Positions 6,437-15,566 of a stretch of 64,000 nucleotides of DNA are shown here, one piece after another; the stretch's first letter is position 1, and every line of letters begins with the position of its first letter. The translations under genes and the position numbers were made by a program. Where the stretch lies: the IMG/VR virus record IMGVR_UViG_3300026260_000002, positions 2,199 through 66,198 of that record. The stretch is one strand, 5' to 3'. Origin of the DNA: a virus (Duplodnaviria; Caudoviricetes). The notes beneath the pieces are model-generated. The model saw only the letters and a list, made by a program, of their open reading frames with translations. It did not search any database and had not been told where the DNA came from.

Positions 6437-7606
6437 TTATAGCTTAAACCCGCTAAAAGTTTCTGCACTAACATCCTGCTTGATTCCTCCGACGACATAG
6501 GATTCAATCTCAGTTTCCTGAGGGGCATTTTGTTGACCCTTGCTATTTAGCCAGTGCTCTGTCCAAGGCAGAGGGTTGTTTCTAGCAGGGATATCGAATG
6601 CAGGTGCTAGTCCGATTGCTTTCATACGACGATTAGCAATCCATTCAATGTATTGAGAAAGCAGACGCTCGTTAAGACCGATCATGCTACCATTCTCAAA
6701 CAAATAACTTGCCCAATCTTTCTCTTGGGATACTGCGTCAAGGAACATCTGACGCACTGTTTCTCTTTCTTCCTCTACGATGTCCAACATGTCAGGATCA
6801 TCACCCTTCCTCCACTTATAGAGGATCTTCTGGGTCAACGCGAGGTGTTGTGACTCATCCCTGGCAATAAGGGAGATAATTTTTGCTGAACCTTCCATGA
6901 GTTTAAGTTCACCAAAAGCAAAACTACAAGCAAAAGATACATAAAACCGTATCCCTTCCAGTATATTAACATTAGCCATCGCCAGATAGAGTTTACGCTT
7001 AACATCCCTAATAGTCCACTGCGCAGTGGAATGATCACTCCACTCAGGTTTCCACATATTACCAAGTGACCACTCAGTTGCTACCTCAAGGAAGTCATTG
7101 TATGCTTTGCATACTGAAGCAGCACGGTCAAGGATCTTATCATTATCTAATACCGAATCGAAGACCTCTGATGGATTTGAGTATACGTTTTTGATAATAT
7201 GGGTATAGGAGCGGGAGTGAATCTGCTCCATGAATTCCCATACTCCCATACATCCTTCCAACTCTGGAAGACTACAGTAAGGTGAGAATGCCATGCCAGG
7301 ACCACGCCCTTGCACAGAGTCTAGAAGGATCTGATACTTGAGGTTACTGGTGTAGATATGTTTTTGTTGTTCATTCAGTGTCTTATAATCAACACGGTCC
7401 TTCTGTAGGGAAACCTCTTCAGGTCTCCAGAAGTAACCGAGTTGTGTCTGTGTTAGTTTATCGAAGTCGGGATACTTGTATTCATCGTAGCGTTGCATCC
7501 CCAAGGGTGCTCCAAAAAACATTGGTTGTTTCTTGGTGTCTACTTTCTTGTCGTTGAATACAGTCAGTCCCATTGTAACTCCCTTAGATTGTGTGTCTTT
7601 AGACAT
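6437..7606 (-). CDS. nrdB: ribonucleotide reductase class Ia beta subunit
   Basis: FWRPEEV, LLDSVQ, EQIHSRSY, LEGIRFY, RDESQH diiron motifs. Confidence 0.97.
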   Translation of the reverse strand: MSKDTQSKGVTMGLTVFNDKKVDTKKQPMFFGAPLGMQRYDEYKYPDFDKLTQTQLGYFWRPEEVSLQKDRVDYKTLNEQQKHIYTSNLKYQILLDSVQGRGPGMAFSPYCSLPELEGCMGVWEFMEQIHSRSYTHIIKNVYSNPSEVFDSVLDNDKILDRAASVCKAYNDFLEVATEWSLGNMWKPEWSDHSTAQWTIRDVKRKLYLAMANVNILEGIRFYVSFACSFAFGELKLMEGSAKIISLIARDESQHLALTQKILYKWRKGDDPDMLDIVEEERETVRQMFLDAVSQEKDWASYLFENGSMIGLNERLLSQYIEWIANRRMKAIGLAPAFDIPARNNPLPWTEHWLNSKGQQNAPQETEIESYVVGGIKQDVSAETFSGFKL

Positions 7607-9920
7607 TGCAAGCATCGCACTCAGACTCTTCGCCTACATCAATCTCCGCTAAGAGATTGTCTAGTTTGGAAGCAGTCTCATCGACCCATCCAATGGAATG
7701 AGCAGGTTCGTCTACATCTTTTTTAGCGTCATAAGTATTCTGATAGTAAGATGTCTTCCACCCATACTTGTATGTCATGAGTAGATCCTGTGCCATAACG
7801 GATACGGGCACTTCGTTATTGTCGAATTTCTCTGGATTGTAAGACCAGTTACCAGAGATGGATTGGTCAAAGAATTTCTGCATCACTGCAACAATCTCAA
7901 TGTATCCTTTGTTGGATTGCAATTCCCAGAGGAGAGTATAGTTATTCTTTAATGTAGTAAATTGAGGGACAATCTGCTTAAGAGGTCCTTTCTTTGATTT
8001 CTTAATGGACAAGTAATCACGCGGTGGTTCGATTCCGTTTGTTGCATTTGACACAACGGAACTGCTTTCCGATGGCATCTGTGCCGACAGAGTGCTGTGC
8101 CTGAGTCCGTATTCGTCGATAGATGACCTAAGAGAATCCCAATCATACTTATATTCTATTGATACCAATTCATCCACGTCCTTCTTATATGTATCAATTG
8201 GGAGAAGTCCATCAGAATACTTTGTGCGGTGGAATGCTTCGCATGGACCACGCTCTTGAGCGAGTCTATTAGATGCTCTCAGCAGGTAGTATTGGAATGC
8301 TTCAGTCAACTCATGGACGAGTCTCAATGCACCTTTGTCATCGTAATGCTCACCATTCTTAGCAAGGTAGTGTGCTAGTCCGATGTATCCAATGCCCAGA
8401 GAGCGACGTGCAAAGGTGCTACGCTGAGCAGCAGCAACTGGATACTCCTGGTAGTCAATCAACTCCTCCAGACCCCTCACAGAGAGGTCACAGAGCTCTT
8501 CCATCTCATCCAGTGACTTCAATTTACCTACGTTGATAGCAGAGAGAATGCACAAAGCAATCTCACCACCACGATCATCGATGTGATTGATAGGATCAGT
8601 AGGTAGAGTGATCTCCTGACAGAGGTTACTCATATTCACCTTGTCCTTGAAGGAGGAGTGACTATTGCAGTGGTCGATATTCATGATGTAAATACGACCT
8701 GTCTCTGCTCTCTCCTTTAGTAGATCAAGGAAGAGCTCCTGTGCATTAATAGTTGATCTCGGAATGCCCTCCTTCCGCTCGTATTCCATGTAGAGGTCGT
8801 CGAAGTCCCCAGTACCAAAGCTATCATAGAGGCCAGGAACATCGTGAGGACTGAATAGAGAAATGCTCTCGTTACGAATGAATCTTTCATAAAATAATTT
8901 GCTAATTTGGATAGAATAGTCAAGTTTTCTTACACGGTTGTCTTCTGTTCCTTTGTTGTTTTTGAGAACGATGATGTCTTCGATCTCCCTGTGCCAGATT
9001 GGGAAGTGGACTGTTGCGCTTCCACCTCTGACGCCATTTTGAGTACAACATCTGACAGTGCTCTCAAACTTTTTGAGGAAAGGGATAACACCTGTGTGCT
9101 GAACTTCTCCACCTCTGATTTTGCTGTTGATGCCACGGATTCTGCCTGCGTTGATACCAATGCCTGCCCTTTGAGCAACGTAGTAGCCAATAGCCATGTC
9201 GCTGCTAAAAATGCTATCGAGGGTGTCATCAGCATCAACAAGAACACAGCTAGCAAATTGTCGTAGAGGTGTCCTGACCCCTGCCATGATTGGCGTCGGG
9301 ATGTTGATTCGGTGTTTTGAGATTGCGTTGTAGTATCGTCTGACATAATCAAGTCTTGTCTCTTGTGGGTAAGTTTGGAAGAGAGTTGCTGCGATCATGA
9401 TGTACATCTGCTGGGGTGTCTCATACACCTCCCCAGATGATCGATCTTGCACGAGATATTTATCAACAACTTGCCTTAGACCAGCATATGTAAACAAATA
9501 GTCACGGTCATGATCAATGAATGATTCAATCTGATCCCACTCATCGTCTCTGTATGCTTTGAGGATGGACTTGTCATAGACACCACGCTCAATACATCCC
9601 CACACATGCTCCTGAATATGAGGACGCAAGTCTGGGTGTCCATTATACACCTGCTTACGGAGACCAAACAGGAGCAGACGTGCTGCTACAAACTGATAGT
9701 TTGGTGCCTCCAATGTAATCAAATCATTAGCAGAGCGCACAAGGATCTCTTGGATGTCACTGGTCATGATGCCATCGAATAGTTGTAGGTTAGCATTCAT
9801 TTCGATTGCTGACTCTGACACACCAGCAAGTCCTCTGCAAGCGTGCTCTACCATTTCATGGATTTTACTAAGGTGGATCTCTTCCACCTGTCCGTTGCGT
9901 TTGACAACTGTGTTGCTCAT
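7599..9920 (-). CDS. nrdA: ribonucleotide reductase class Ia alpha subunit
   Basis: ATP cone VVKRNG, SCVL, SNLCQE, C-terminal CDAC. Confidence 0.97.
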   Translation of the reverse strand: MSNTVVKRNGQVEEIHLSKIHEMVEHACRGLAGVSESAIEMNANLQLFDGIMTSDIQEILVRSANDLITLEAPNYQFVAARLLLFGLRKQVYNGHPDLRPHIQEHVWGCIERGVYDKSILKAYRDDEWDQIESFIDHDRDYLFTYAGLRQVVDKYLVQDRSSGEVYETPQQMYIMIAATLFQTYPQETRLDYVRRYYNAISKHRINIPTPIMAGVRTPLRQFASCVLVDADDTLDSIFSSDMAIGYYVAQRAGIGINAGRIRGINSKIRGGEVQHTGVIPFLKKFESTVRCCTQNGVRGGSATVHFPIWHREIEDIIVLKNNKGTEDNRVRKLDYSIQISKLFYERFIRNESISLFSPHDVPGLYDSFGTGDFDDLYMEYERKEGIPRSTINAQELFLDLLKERAETGRIYIMNIDHCNSHSSFKDKVNMSNLCQEITLPTDPINHIDDRGGEIALCILSAINVGKLKSLDEMEELCDLSVRGLEELIDYQEYPVAAAQRSTFARRSLGIGYIGLAHYLAKNGEHYDDKGALRLVHELTEAFQYYLLRASNRLAQERGPCEAFHRTKYSDGLLPIDTYKKDVDELVSIEYKYDWDSLRSSIDEYGLRHSTLSAQMPSESSSVVSNATNGIEPPRDYLSIKKSKKGPLKQIVPQFTTLKNNYTLLWELQSNKGYIEIVAVMQKFFDQSISGNWSYNPEKFDNNEVPVSVMAQDLLMTYKYGWKTSYYQNTYDAKKDVDEPAHSIGWVDETASKLDNLLAEIDVGEESECDACNV

Positions 9921-10909
9921 ACCATTTTCCAATCTGTAAGTTGTACCTTTGCTGTTAATCCTGAAAAGGTGTTGGTCTGTATTATAGCAGAAGGGTCAAG
10001 ACCTGCCAACACCATGTCATTAATATCTTTTTGTTTTACTGACTTTGGCCAGATGACTACTTTCTCACCTGCCTCAACTGCCCTGTCGATCCGTTGCACG
10101 ATTTGTCTATTTCGGGGCTCATTATCAAAGACCCAGACCCTATGTCTATAAGGTAGACTGCTATGGTCAACATCGCTGCCACACATAGCAACAGCTTGTC
10201 GAATGAAAGTGGAGTCAAAGGGTCCTTCTGTGACATAAACTGTCTCCTCTGGGTTTACATTGTCTTGTCCGAATAGTTTGAGTTTATCCTCAAACATCAC
10301 AGTGATGTATCGTAGCGTAGAAGTTGCCGCCATAGATCTACCCTGAATGCCAAACCAATTACCGTCCTTGTCAATGAGAGGGATAATAATTCTAGGTCTG
10401 TCATTCTGAAGGTTGTCAAATGTCTGGCGCTGAGTATTAACCCACCTCTTAAACTTATCAACATAGAAGAATCTACCCAGTTGATCCTCTGGAATTCTTC
10501 TATCGAGGAGATACTTCTTGGCGGGGTGCGTTGTATTTAGCTCGCTGATTGGAGTCAGATCAGTAACCTTATTAGCAAACTTTGGCTTAGCACCTTTATA
10601 TTCTGGCGTGGGTGTGTGTCTGCCCCTACCAGTCATCCCCTGCTTATACTTCTCCATGAGGTACTCAGCATGGAGGTCAACCGCATTGTCCTTTAAAAAA
10701 TTAGACAGCGATCTACCCATGCCACAGTTGTGACACTTGAAGATGTATTCAGTCTTCTTCAGAAAAAAATACCCCCGTGCCTTATTCTTATGCTTCTGTG
10801 AATCACCACAGTAGGGGCAGCGGAAGTTATAGAGTCCTGATTTAACGTGTTTGTATTTCTCTAGCCTGGTGCTGAGAAGTCGGATGTATTTGTCATCGAC
10901 GTAATCCAT
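9917..10909 (-). CDS. gp61: DNA primase
   Basis: CPYCGD..CHNCG zinc finger, TOPRIM VTEGPFD, FDNE, KDIND. Confidence 0.95.
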   Translation of the reverse strand: MDYVDDKYIRLLSTRLEKYKHVKSGLYNFRCPYCGDSQKHKNKARGYFFLKKTEYIFKCHNCGMGRSLSNFLKDNAVDLHAEYLMEKYKQGMTGRGRHTPTPEYKGAKPKFANKVTDLTPISELNTTHPAKKYLLDRRIPEDQLGRFFYVDKFKRWVNTQRQTFDNLQNDRPRIIIPLIDKDGNWFGIQGRSMAATSTLRYITVMFEDKLKLFGQDNVNPEETVYVTEGPFDSTFIRQAVAMCGSDVDHSSLPYRHRVWVFDNEPRNRQIVQRIDRAVEAGEKVVIWPKSVKQKDINDMVLAGLDPSAIIQTNTFSGLTAKVQLTDWKMV

Positions 10910-11292
10910 GCAGGGGACTCCACTGCAGGTAGTATAGCAGATGGCGCACTAGGTGTCAATGATCTAAGCAGTACTTGACCTGGCACACTGACGAGGAAAG
11001 AGATCACAGCGAGACCACCAAAGATGGTCCACATCTTTTTCTCCATGACTTGAAGACGGTCATCGACCTTGCGGATATCCCTTTCACAACCTTTCTTAAT
11101 GAGATCTGTCTCTTTATTAAGGTCACCGTGTACACGGTCAACCTTGTCAAATAAAATCCTATCAGTTTGACTGTGACTATCTAACTTCTCATTATGTACA
11201 GCAAGAAGTTGCCCCATCTTCATGGAATTATCCTGCAAACTATCCACAACCTTCTCTAATCGTTCTAGAATTGCTGAGTTAATTTCTGACAT
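10861..11292 (-). CDS. hypothetical coiled-coil protein with C-terminal TM segment
   Basis: heptad-rich N-terminus, then WTIFGGLAVISFLV. Confidence 0.7.
   Translation of the reverse strand: MSEINSAILERLEKVVDSLQDNSMKMGQLLAVHNEKLDSHSQTDRILFDKVDRVHGDLNKETDLIKKGCERDIRKVDDRLQVMEKKMWTIFGGLAVISFLVSVPGQVLLRSLTPSAPSAILPAVESPAWITSMTNTSDFSAPG
10931..10959 (-). promoter_or_regulatory. sigma70-type promoter for primase-nrdAB
   Basis: TTGACA-17 nt-TATACT with TGn extension, inside the upstream ORF. Confidence 0.75.
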
Positions 11293-11696
11293 TATTCGGA
11301 TCTAAGTGCTGCTTGTCGTTTTTTCCAGTAAAACTGGATTACATCATTAGGATACAGACGTTTGACATCTAACTTTTTAAAGTTTTCTGGTCGATATATC
11401 TTGCGAAGCTCTATCTTCAGTCGTGCCTCAGACCTACTATACAATACATACTGCTCTGCTCCATCATAGGAGATGAGGAATGGTAAGTATGAAGTATCTT
11501 TCTGTGCTCCCTCAGTCGCTACCATCTGTGAGATGTCGGACTGAGAAATAGTATAGCGACGACGCTTCTTAGGTTTCTTTTTCGACTTCGATCCTCCTAG
11601 TAGAGGAGTAAAGCCAGCATTGGGTCCAGTTTCATCAGCAGTGTTGCTGAAACCACCATCGCCTGCGCTCATTGTAGGTGCATCTTCATTCATCAC
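11292..11696 (-). CDS. hypothetical protein
   Basis: 134-aa ORF, ATGA-coupled. Confidence 0.7.
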   Translation of the reverse strand: MMNEDAPTMSAGDGGFSNTADETGPNAGFTPLLGGSKSKKKPKKRRRYTISQSDISQMVATEGAQKDTSYLPFLISYDGAEQYVLYSRSEARLKIELRKIYRPENFKKLDVKRLYPNDVIQFYWKKRQAALRSE

Positions 11697-12064
11697 AGAT
11701 CTTCTAGTAATTCTTCTACGTCGTTATCGGTATCAACAAAGTCAAGACATCCAGCAGGGATCTGAGGATATCTATTCAAATAGACCAAGAAAGTCTTGAT
11801 GAGAGACCAATATTCTCTCTCTAGTTTATACATCAGTAGCGGGATCGTCCCGTCACCAAACACATTAAAAAGAATGATAAGATGATTGAGTATCAGATTA
11901 ACACGGAGGACACCCGTTTTCAAATACCTCTTGAGTAACCTCTTAAGGTATTTGAATTTCTTCATGTCCTCCATAAAATCATCTACGGTAACCGACTGGG
12001 GATTATCATAATGCTGAATAGCAAACATCAAATAGTTTTTTTCATTAAGTTGATCAAAATGCAT
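11693..12064 (-). CDS. conserved T4-like phage hypothetical protein
   Basis: FAIQHYDNPQ...FKYLKRLL...LILNHLIILFNVFG. Confidence 0.75.
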   Translation of the reverse strand: MHFDQLNEKNYLMFAIQHYDNPQSVTVDDFMEDMKKFKYLKRLLKRYLKTGVLRVNLILNHLIILFNVFGDGTIPLLMYKLEREYWSLIKTFLVYLNRYPQIPAGCLDFVDTDNDVEELLEDL

Positions 12065-12083
12065 TATGTAAAAAAGTCAATTA

Positions 12084-12908
12084 TCAAGACCCGAAGGTTA
12101 GTGTTGCGACGCCATCGGTGATGACTTCTTCTGTGCCACCTGCTGAGGTAATCTTGACGCGATACTTATAACCGTCCAGAGTGTCGCCAGCGAGAGCACT
12201 ATAAGCAAGAGTTGCGGTCGTGAAGTCTGCATAGGTGATGCCAGTGTCAAGGGAAGCAGAGATGTTAGTCCACTTCTTAGTTGAGGCAGCAGTCTGACGT
12301 TGCCAGACGTATGCAAGTGTTCCAGGTGTGCCTGTGGTAGTAGTGCTGAGCGTAAATGTGCCAGCGCCAGAGGATGAAGTGGAAGCAGCAGGTTGTGCCG
12401 AAACAGTTACAGCAGATGCAACATCAGCAACGATGGTGTCATCAGCGTCGTCACCAGCAGCAGCAGCAGTAGCATGGACGAATGCAATGCACTCAGACTT
12501 ATGCTTGGTGTCGCCATTACCAGTAGTGTATGTGCGATACTGCCACCAACCAGGACCAGTGATACCGCGAGACTTATTCTCAGCGAGAAGCATCTCAGTG
12601 GTGTCAACAAATACGAGATCGTATGAGTTGCTATCGCCACCTTTGATTACATACTCAGCAACCGCCTTAGGAGCAGTCCTACGGACAGCGCCAGCGAGTG
12701 ATGCAGCAGTGCTACCTGCGTATGCTTTGTGCAATTCAATTGCAGTGGTGCTAGTAACTTCTTTAACGATGTAAGCAACGTTAGAGAGTTCTAAAATGTC
12801 GCCCACGACGACAGTATCCGCAGCATTCTTTGTAACAGTGGCGTCACCATTGGTGACCGCTACGTTATTTGCGAAGGTTGCGGCATCAATTTTTCCAAAT
12901 ACAGCCAT
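12084..12908 (-). CDS. putative virion structural protein with C-terminal Ig-like domain
   Basis: Thr/Ala-rich beta content, YVWQ...YKYRVKIT Ig-like signature, late promoter upstream. Confidence 0.7.
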   Translation of the reverse strand: MAVFGKIDAATFANNVAVTNGDATVTKNAADTVVVGDILELSNVAYIVKEVTSTTAIELHKAYAGSTAASLAGAVRRTAPKAVAEYVIKGGDSNSYDLVFVDTTEMLLAENKSRGITGPGWWQYRTYTTGNGDTKHKSECIAFVHATAAAAGDDADDTIVADVASAVTVSAQPAASTSSSGAGTFTLSTTTTGTPGTLAYVWQRQTAASTKKWTNISASLDTGITYADFTTATLAYSALAGDTLDGYKYRVKITSAGGTEEVITDGVATLTFGS

Positions 12909-12941
12909 TGTTCTCCGGGTATGAAGATTATTCCTATAAGT

Positions 12942-12949
12942 TATTTATA
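12942..12949 (-). promoter_or_regulatory. T4-type late promoter
   Basis: exact TATAAATA. Confidence 0.8.
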
Positions 12950-12950
12950 G

Positions 12951-13127
12951 CTATTCTTCTTTCTGAAACAGAAGTGACTCAACTACGTCCACAGCCTTGT
13001 CATCCAACTTGTTATCAGTTGTAGACACTAGCGAGCGCAGCACGTCCACGATAAAGTGACGAACTTCGTCTTTACCGAGTAGTCCGACAATTGTTTTCTT
13101 TGCTAATGGTAAAAAAAGTGCCAACAT
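12951..13127 (-). CDS. small protein (58 aa), possibly holin-like
   Basis: MLALFLPLAKKTIVGLL...TTDNKLDDKAVDVV; AAGGA SD; not in ORF track. Confidence 0.6.
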   Translation of the reverse strand: MLALFLPLAKKTIVGLLGKDEVRHFIVDVLRSLVSTTDNKLDDKAVDVVESLLFQKEE

Positions 13128-13128
13128 A

Positions 13129-13163
13129 ATAGATCATCCTTAAAGGGGTTTGATCTATATATG
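13129..13163 (-). promoter_or_regulatory. RBS-enclosing hairpin overlapped by a late-promoter-like CATATATA
   Basis: ATAGATCA...TGATCTAT 8-bp arms enclose AAGGA and end 1 nt before the ATG. Confidence 0.45.
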
Positions 13164-13170
13164 CGATTAC

Positions 13171-13590
13171 TTATCGCCTGGCTTCTTTCTTCTTTCGATC
13201 GAAATCGATTGTAGCTTGAATCATCTTCTGCTTCATGCGCTCTTTAGCAGCCTTCTTTGCAGCGTCATCTGCTACGTTGTCTGTCTTTGATTGTGCTTCT
13301 TCTAACTGATCTAATGCTTTACTTGACCAGTATACTTCTGCTTCTTCTTTCTTGACATCTTGACCAGGCTCATACCACTTGCCGTCGCCGTCAGAATCCT
13401 GCCAACGATTGCCTGCTCTTGCTGCTTTAATGTTTTTGTTTTTTTTCTTAGCAGCTTCCTTGAGTGCTTCTACGCTACTCAGGACTCTACTTCTCAGATG
13501 TTCAGACATAAGGTCCTCTTTCTTTGGATTGATGGTGACATTTCCTTTCTTGGTTGTCTTTAGAGATGATTCTTTATGACCAGGCTTCAT
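13171..13590 (-). CDS. hypothetical Lys/Glu-rich protein
   Basis: 139-aa ORF, RWQDSDGDGKWYE motif. Confidence 0.7.
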   Translation of the reverse strand: MKPGHKESSLKTTKKGNVTINPKKEDLMSEHLRSRVLSSVEALKEAAKKKNKNIKAARAGNRWQDSDGDGKWYEPGQDVKKEEAEVYWSSKALDQLEEAQSKTDNVADDAAKKAAKERMKQKMIQATIDFDRKKKEARR

Positions 13591-14420
13591 TCAATCTCCC
13601 CCATCATTTGCAACTCCTTCTCAGTAAACAATCCTGAGTCGGACAGTTTATTTATAAACTCTTCGTTGCTCTTCTTGAGATTCACTTTACGGTAAGCGAG
13701 ATCTGCCTTAGCACCAGAAGTCATACGACCCTGACCAGCAGGTTTCTTGCTGCCACCAGCAGGATTAGGACCAGTGCTGCTCAAGCTACGCGAAGCGTAT
13801 CTTGAACCACTGCCTTTACTATCACCTGAGACCATCTTGCCGCCATCAGAGCGACTGTCTTGATACTCTTTCTCAGTCTGTCCGTGCTTACCTTTGTAAA
13901 GTTCTGTCACGTCTTCTTCTTCGACACAATTTGTTTTGTATCCGTCCCAGCACTTGCTAGCACCTAGGATCCTCATAGATCTATTAAGATCTTCAAGCAT
14001 TTCTTGATGGAGGTCATCGATATCAATGCCGACCACTTCTTCTTTAGCGGTCACGCCGAGGTCAGCAGCATCTCTCGCTGACTTCTCGCCTTTCTTACCG
14101 ACAACAATGTAACGACCGTCTGTCTTCCTACCAGTGATGAGCATAGATTCACCACCTGATGATTGGACAACACGACCAATATTTCGATCATCTGGACGCT
14201 CTGCTTTCTTCTTGGTGACAGAGTTACGATCAATTTTGAATCCCGCATAGCCTTCTACTGTAGGCTCATAAGCATCGAATGCTTCCATCACTTTCATGAC
14301 ACCTGTGTGGAGTCTCTGTGATTTTGGAAGAGTATCTTCTTCGATTGCCTTTAGGATATATGCCTGCTCAGTGGGATTATAATCCATGAGTGCCACAGAC
14401 ACCAGCATTTCTAACGTCAT
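13587..14420 (-). CDS. hypothetical protein
   Basis: 277-aa ORF, ATGA-coupled. Confidence 0.7.
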   Translation of the reverse strand: MTLEMLVSVALMDYNPTEQAYILKAIEEDTLPKSQRLHTGVMKVMEAFDAYEPTVEGYAGFKIDRNSVTKKKAERPDDRNIGRVVQSSGGESMLITGRKTDGRYIVVGKKGEKSARDAADLGVTAKEEVVGIDIDDLHQEMLEDLNRSMRILGASKCWDGYKTNCVEEEDVTELYKGKHGQTEKEYQDSRSDGGKMVSGDSKGSGSRYASRSLSSTGPNPAGGSKKPAGQGRMTSGAKADLAYRKVNLKKSNEEFINKLSDSGLFTEKELQMMGEIE

Positions 14421-14450
14421 GTTTCTAAACCGAAATGAATTTCGCTAATA

Positions 14451-15566
14451 CTATTTAGTTACAGCAATTTTTCTGAAATCTGAGAATTTAATTGTCTTTT
14501 GACCAGGGGTCATGTCCTGAAGTGCTTCACGATAGCGATCAGTACCTGCTTTCCAGGTGTTACCACTGCCATCATCGGCACTATAGTTGCTTTGATCCTT
14601 AGTAGTGTCAGCAGCAACCTCTTGCTTGTGACTAAGATCTGATGGTCCTAGTTGTGCAACTTCACTGATGTGCTGCAACCAGCAGCGGTGCTCGCCACCC
14701 CAACCATCACGCATGATGATGTAGTTAGTGCCACGGTGAGCAACCATACCACGGATACCACTGTCATCATGCTCTACAATTGCACCCACCTTATAGATGT
14801 GGTTGAGCATGTAGTGATCACGGAAGGCATCAAAGTCAAGTTTAGGAGCGTATGTCCACAGAGATTCATGGACAGACTCACCCTTCTTACCCTTCTTCAC
14901 TTTAGGTGGAGGTGTCATCCCAGTGATGACATCACCCATCAGTTTCTTAGAGTCCTTATATCCACCAGTCCCAACGTGGAATGATTCATGGTCACCCACT
15001 TGGGCGTGTTTACGCATTGCTGATGCAGACATATTCTCGATAGGATCATCACTATCAGTAGCACGCTGACCTGCAGACTTAATGTTAATAGACTTGAAGT
15101 CATAATGCATACCATTATATTTGTTAGCAAGAGTCTCAAACTCTTTCACACGGTCGTCTCCGACCACCATGGTTACATGCTCATGTCCTTCATCATGAAG
15201 GTCACGAAGGATATCAAAAATATTTCTGTGCGATTCGTTGTTTTGGATAGCATCCTTGTGCCCCTTAAACATCTTACGCATGTGATCCACCTTCTGTTGT
15301 GCAGTCAGTGGATTCTTCTTATGATCTTGTGATCTAGAGGGGTAGATACGATAGTTACCTGAGTCACCACCATGTGACTTGACTGCATCAAGGAGTTTAC
15401 CATGACCAGCATGAGGTGGATTGAATCTACCAAAGGTGATAGCAACATGCTTATCATCAATCTTCGCTTGAGCAGCAGGAGACTTACCCTTACTAGACGT
15501 GGAAGGTTTCTTAGCAGCAGGTTTTGCTGCAGCAGTTGCCTCCCTGATGAATTGAATAAATCTCAT
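14451..15566 (-). CDS. cytidyltransferase-like (HxGH) nucleotidyltransferase
   Basis: TFGRFNPPHAGH, MVVGDDR, MSASAMR. Confidence 0.85.
   Translation of the reverse strand: MRFIQFIREATAAAKPAAKKPSTSSKGKSPAAQAKIDDKHVAITFGRFNPPHAGHGKLLDAVKSHGGDSGNYRIYPSRSQDHKKNPLTAQQKVDHMRKMFKGHKDAIQNNESHRNIFDILRDLHDEGHEHVTMVVGDDRVKEFETLANKYNGMHYDFKSINIKSAGQRATDSDDPIENMSASAMRKHAQVGDHESFHVGTGGYKDSKKLMGDVITGMTPPPKVKKGKKGESVHESLWTYAPKLDFDAFRDHYMLNHIYKVGAIVEHDDSGIRGMVAHRGTNYIIMRDGWGGEHRCWLQHISEVAQLGPSDLSHKQEVAADTTKDQSNYSADDGSGNTWKAGTDRYREALQDMTPGQKTIKFSDFRKIAVTK

Noticed and set aside
6009-6528. ORFs 6009-6254 (+) and 6232-6528 (-)
   Set aside because: The first is antisense to the riboswitch unit. The second begins inside nrdB and competes with 6189-6410; neither has independent support.
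12455-12475. (CAG)n microsatellite
   Set aside because: It simply encodes an Ala run in a structural protein; too short to imply phase variation.
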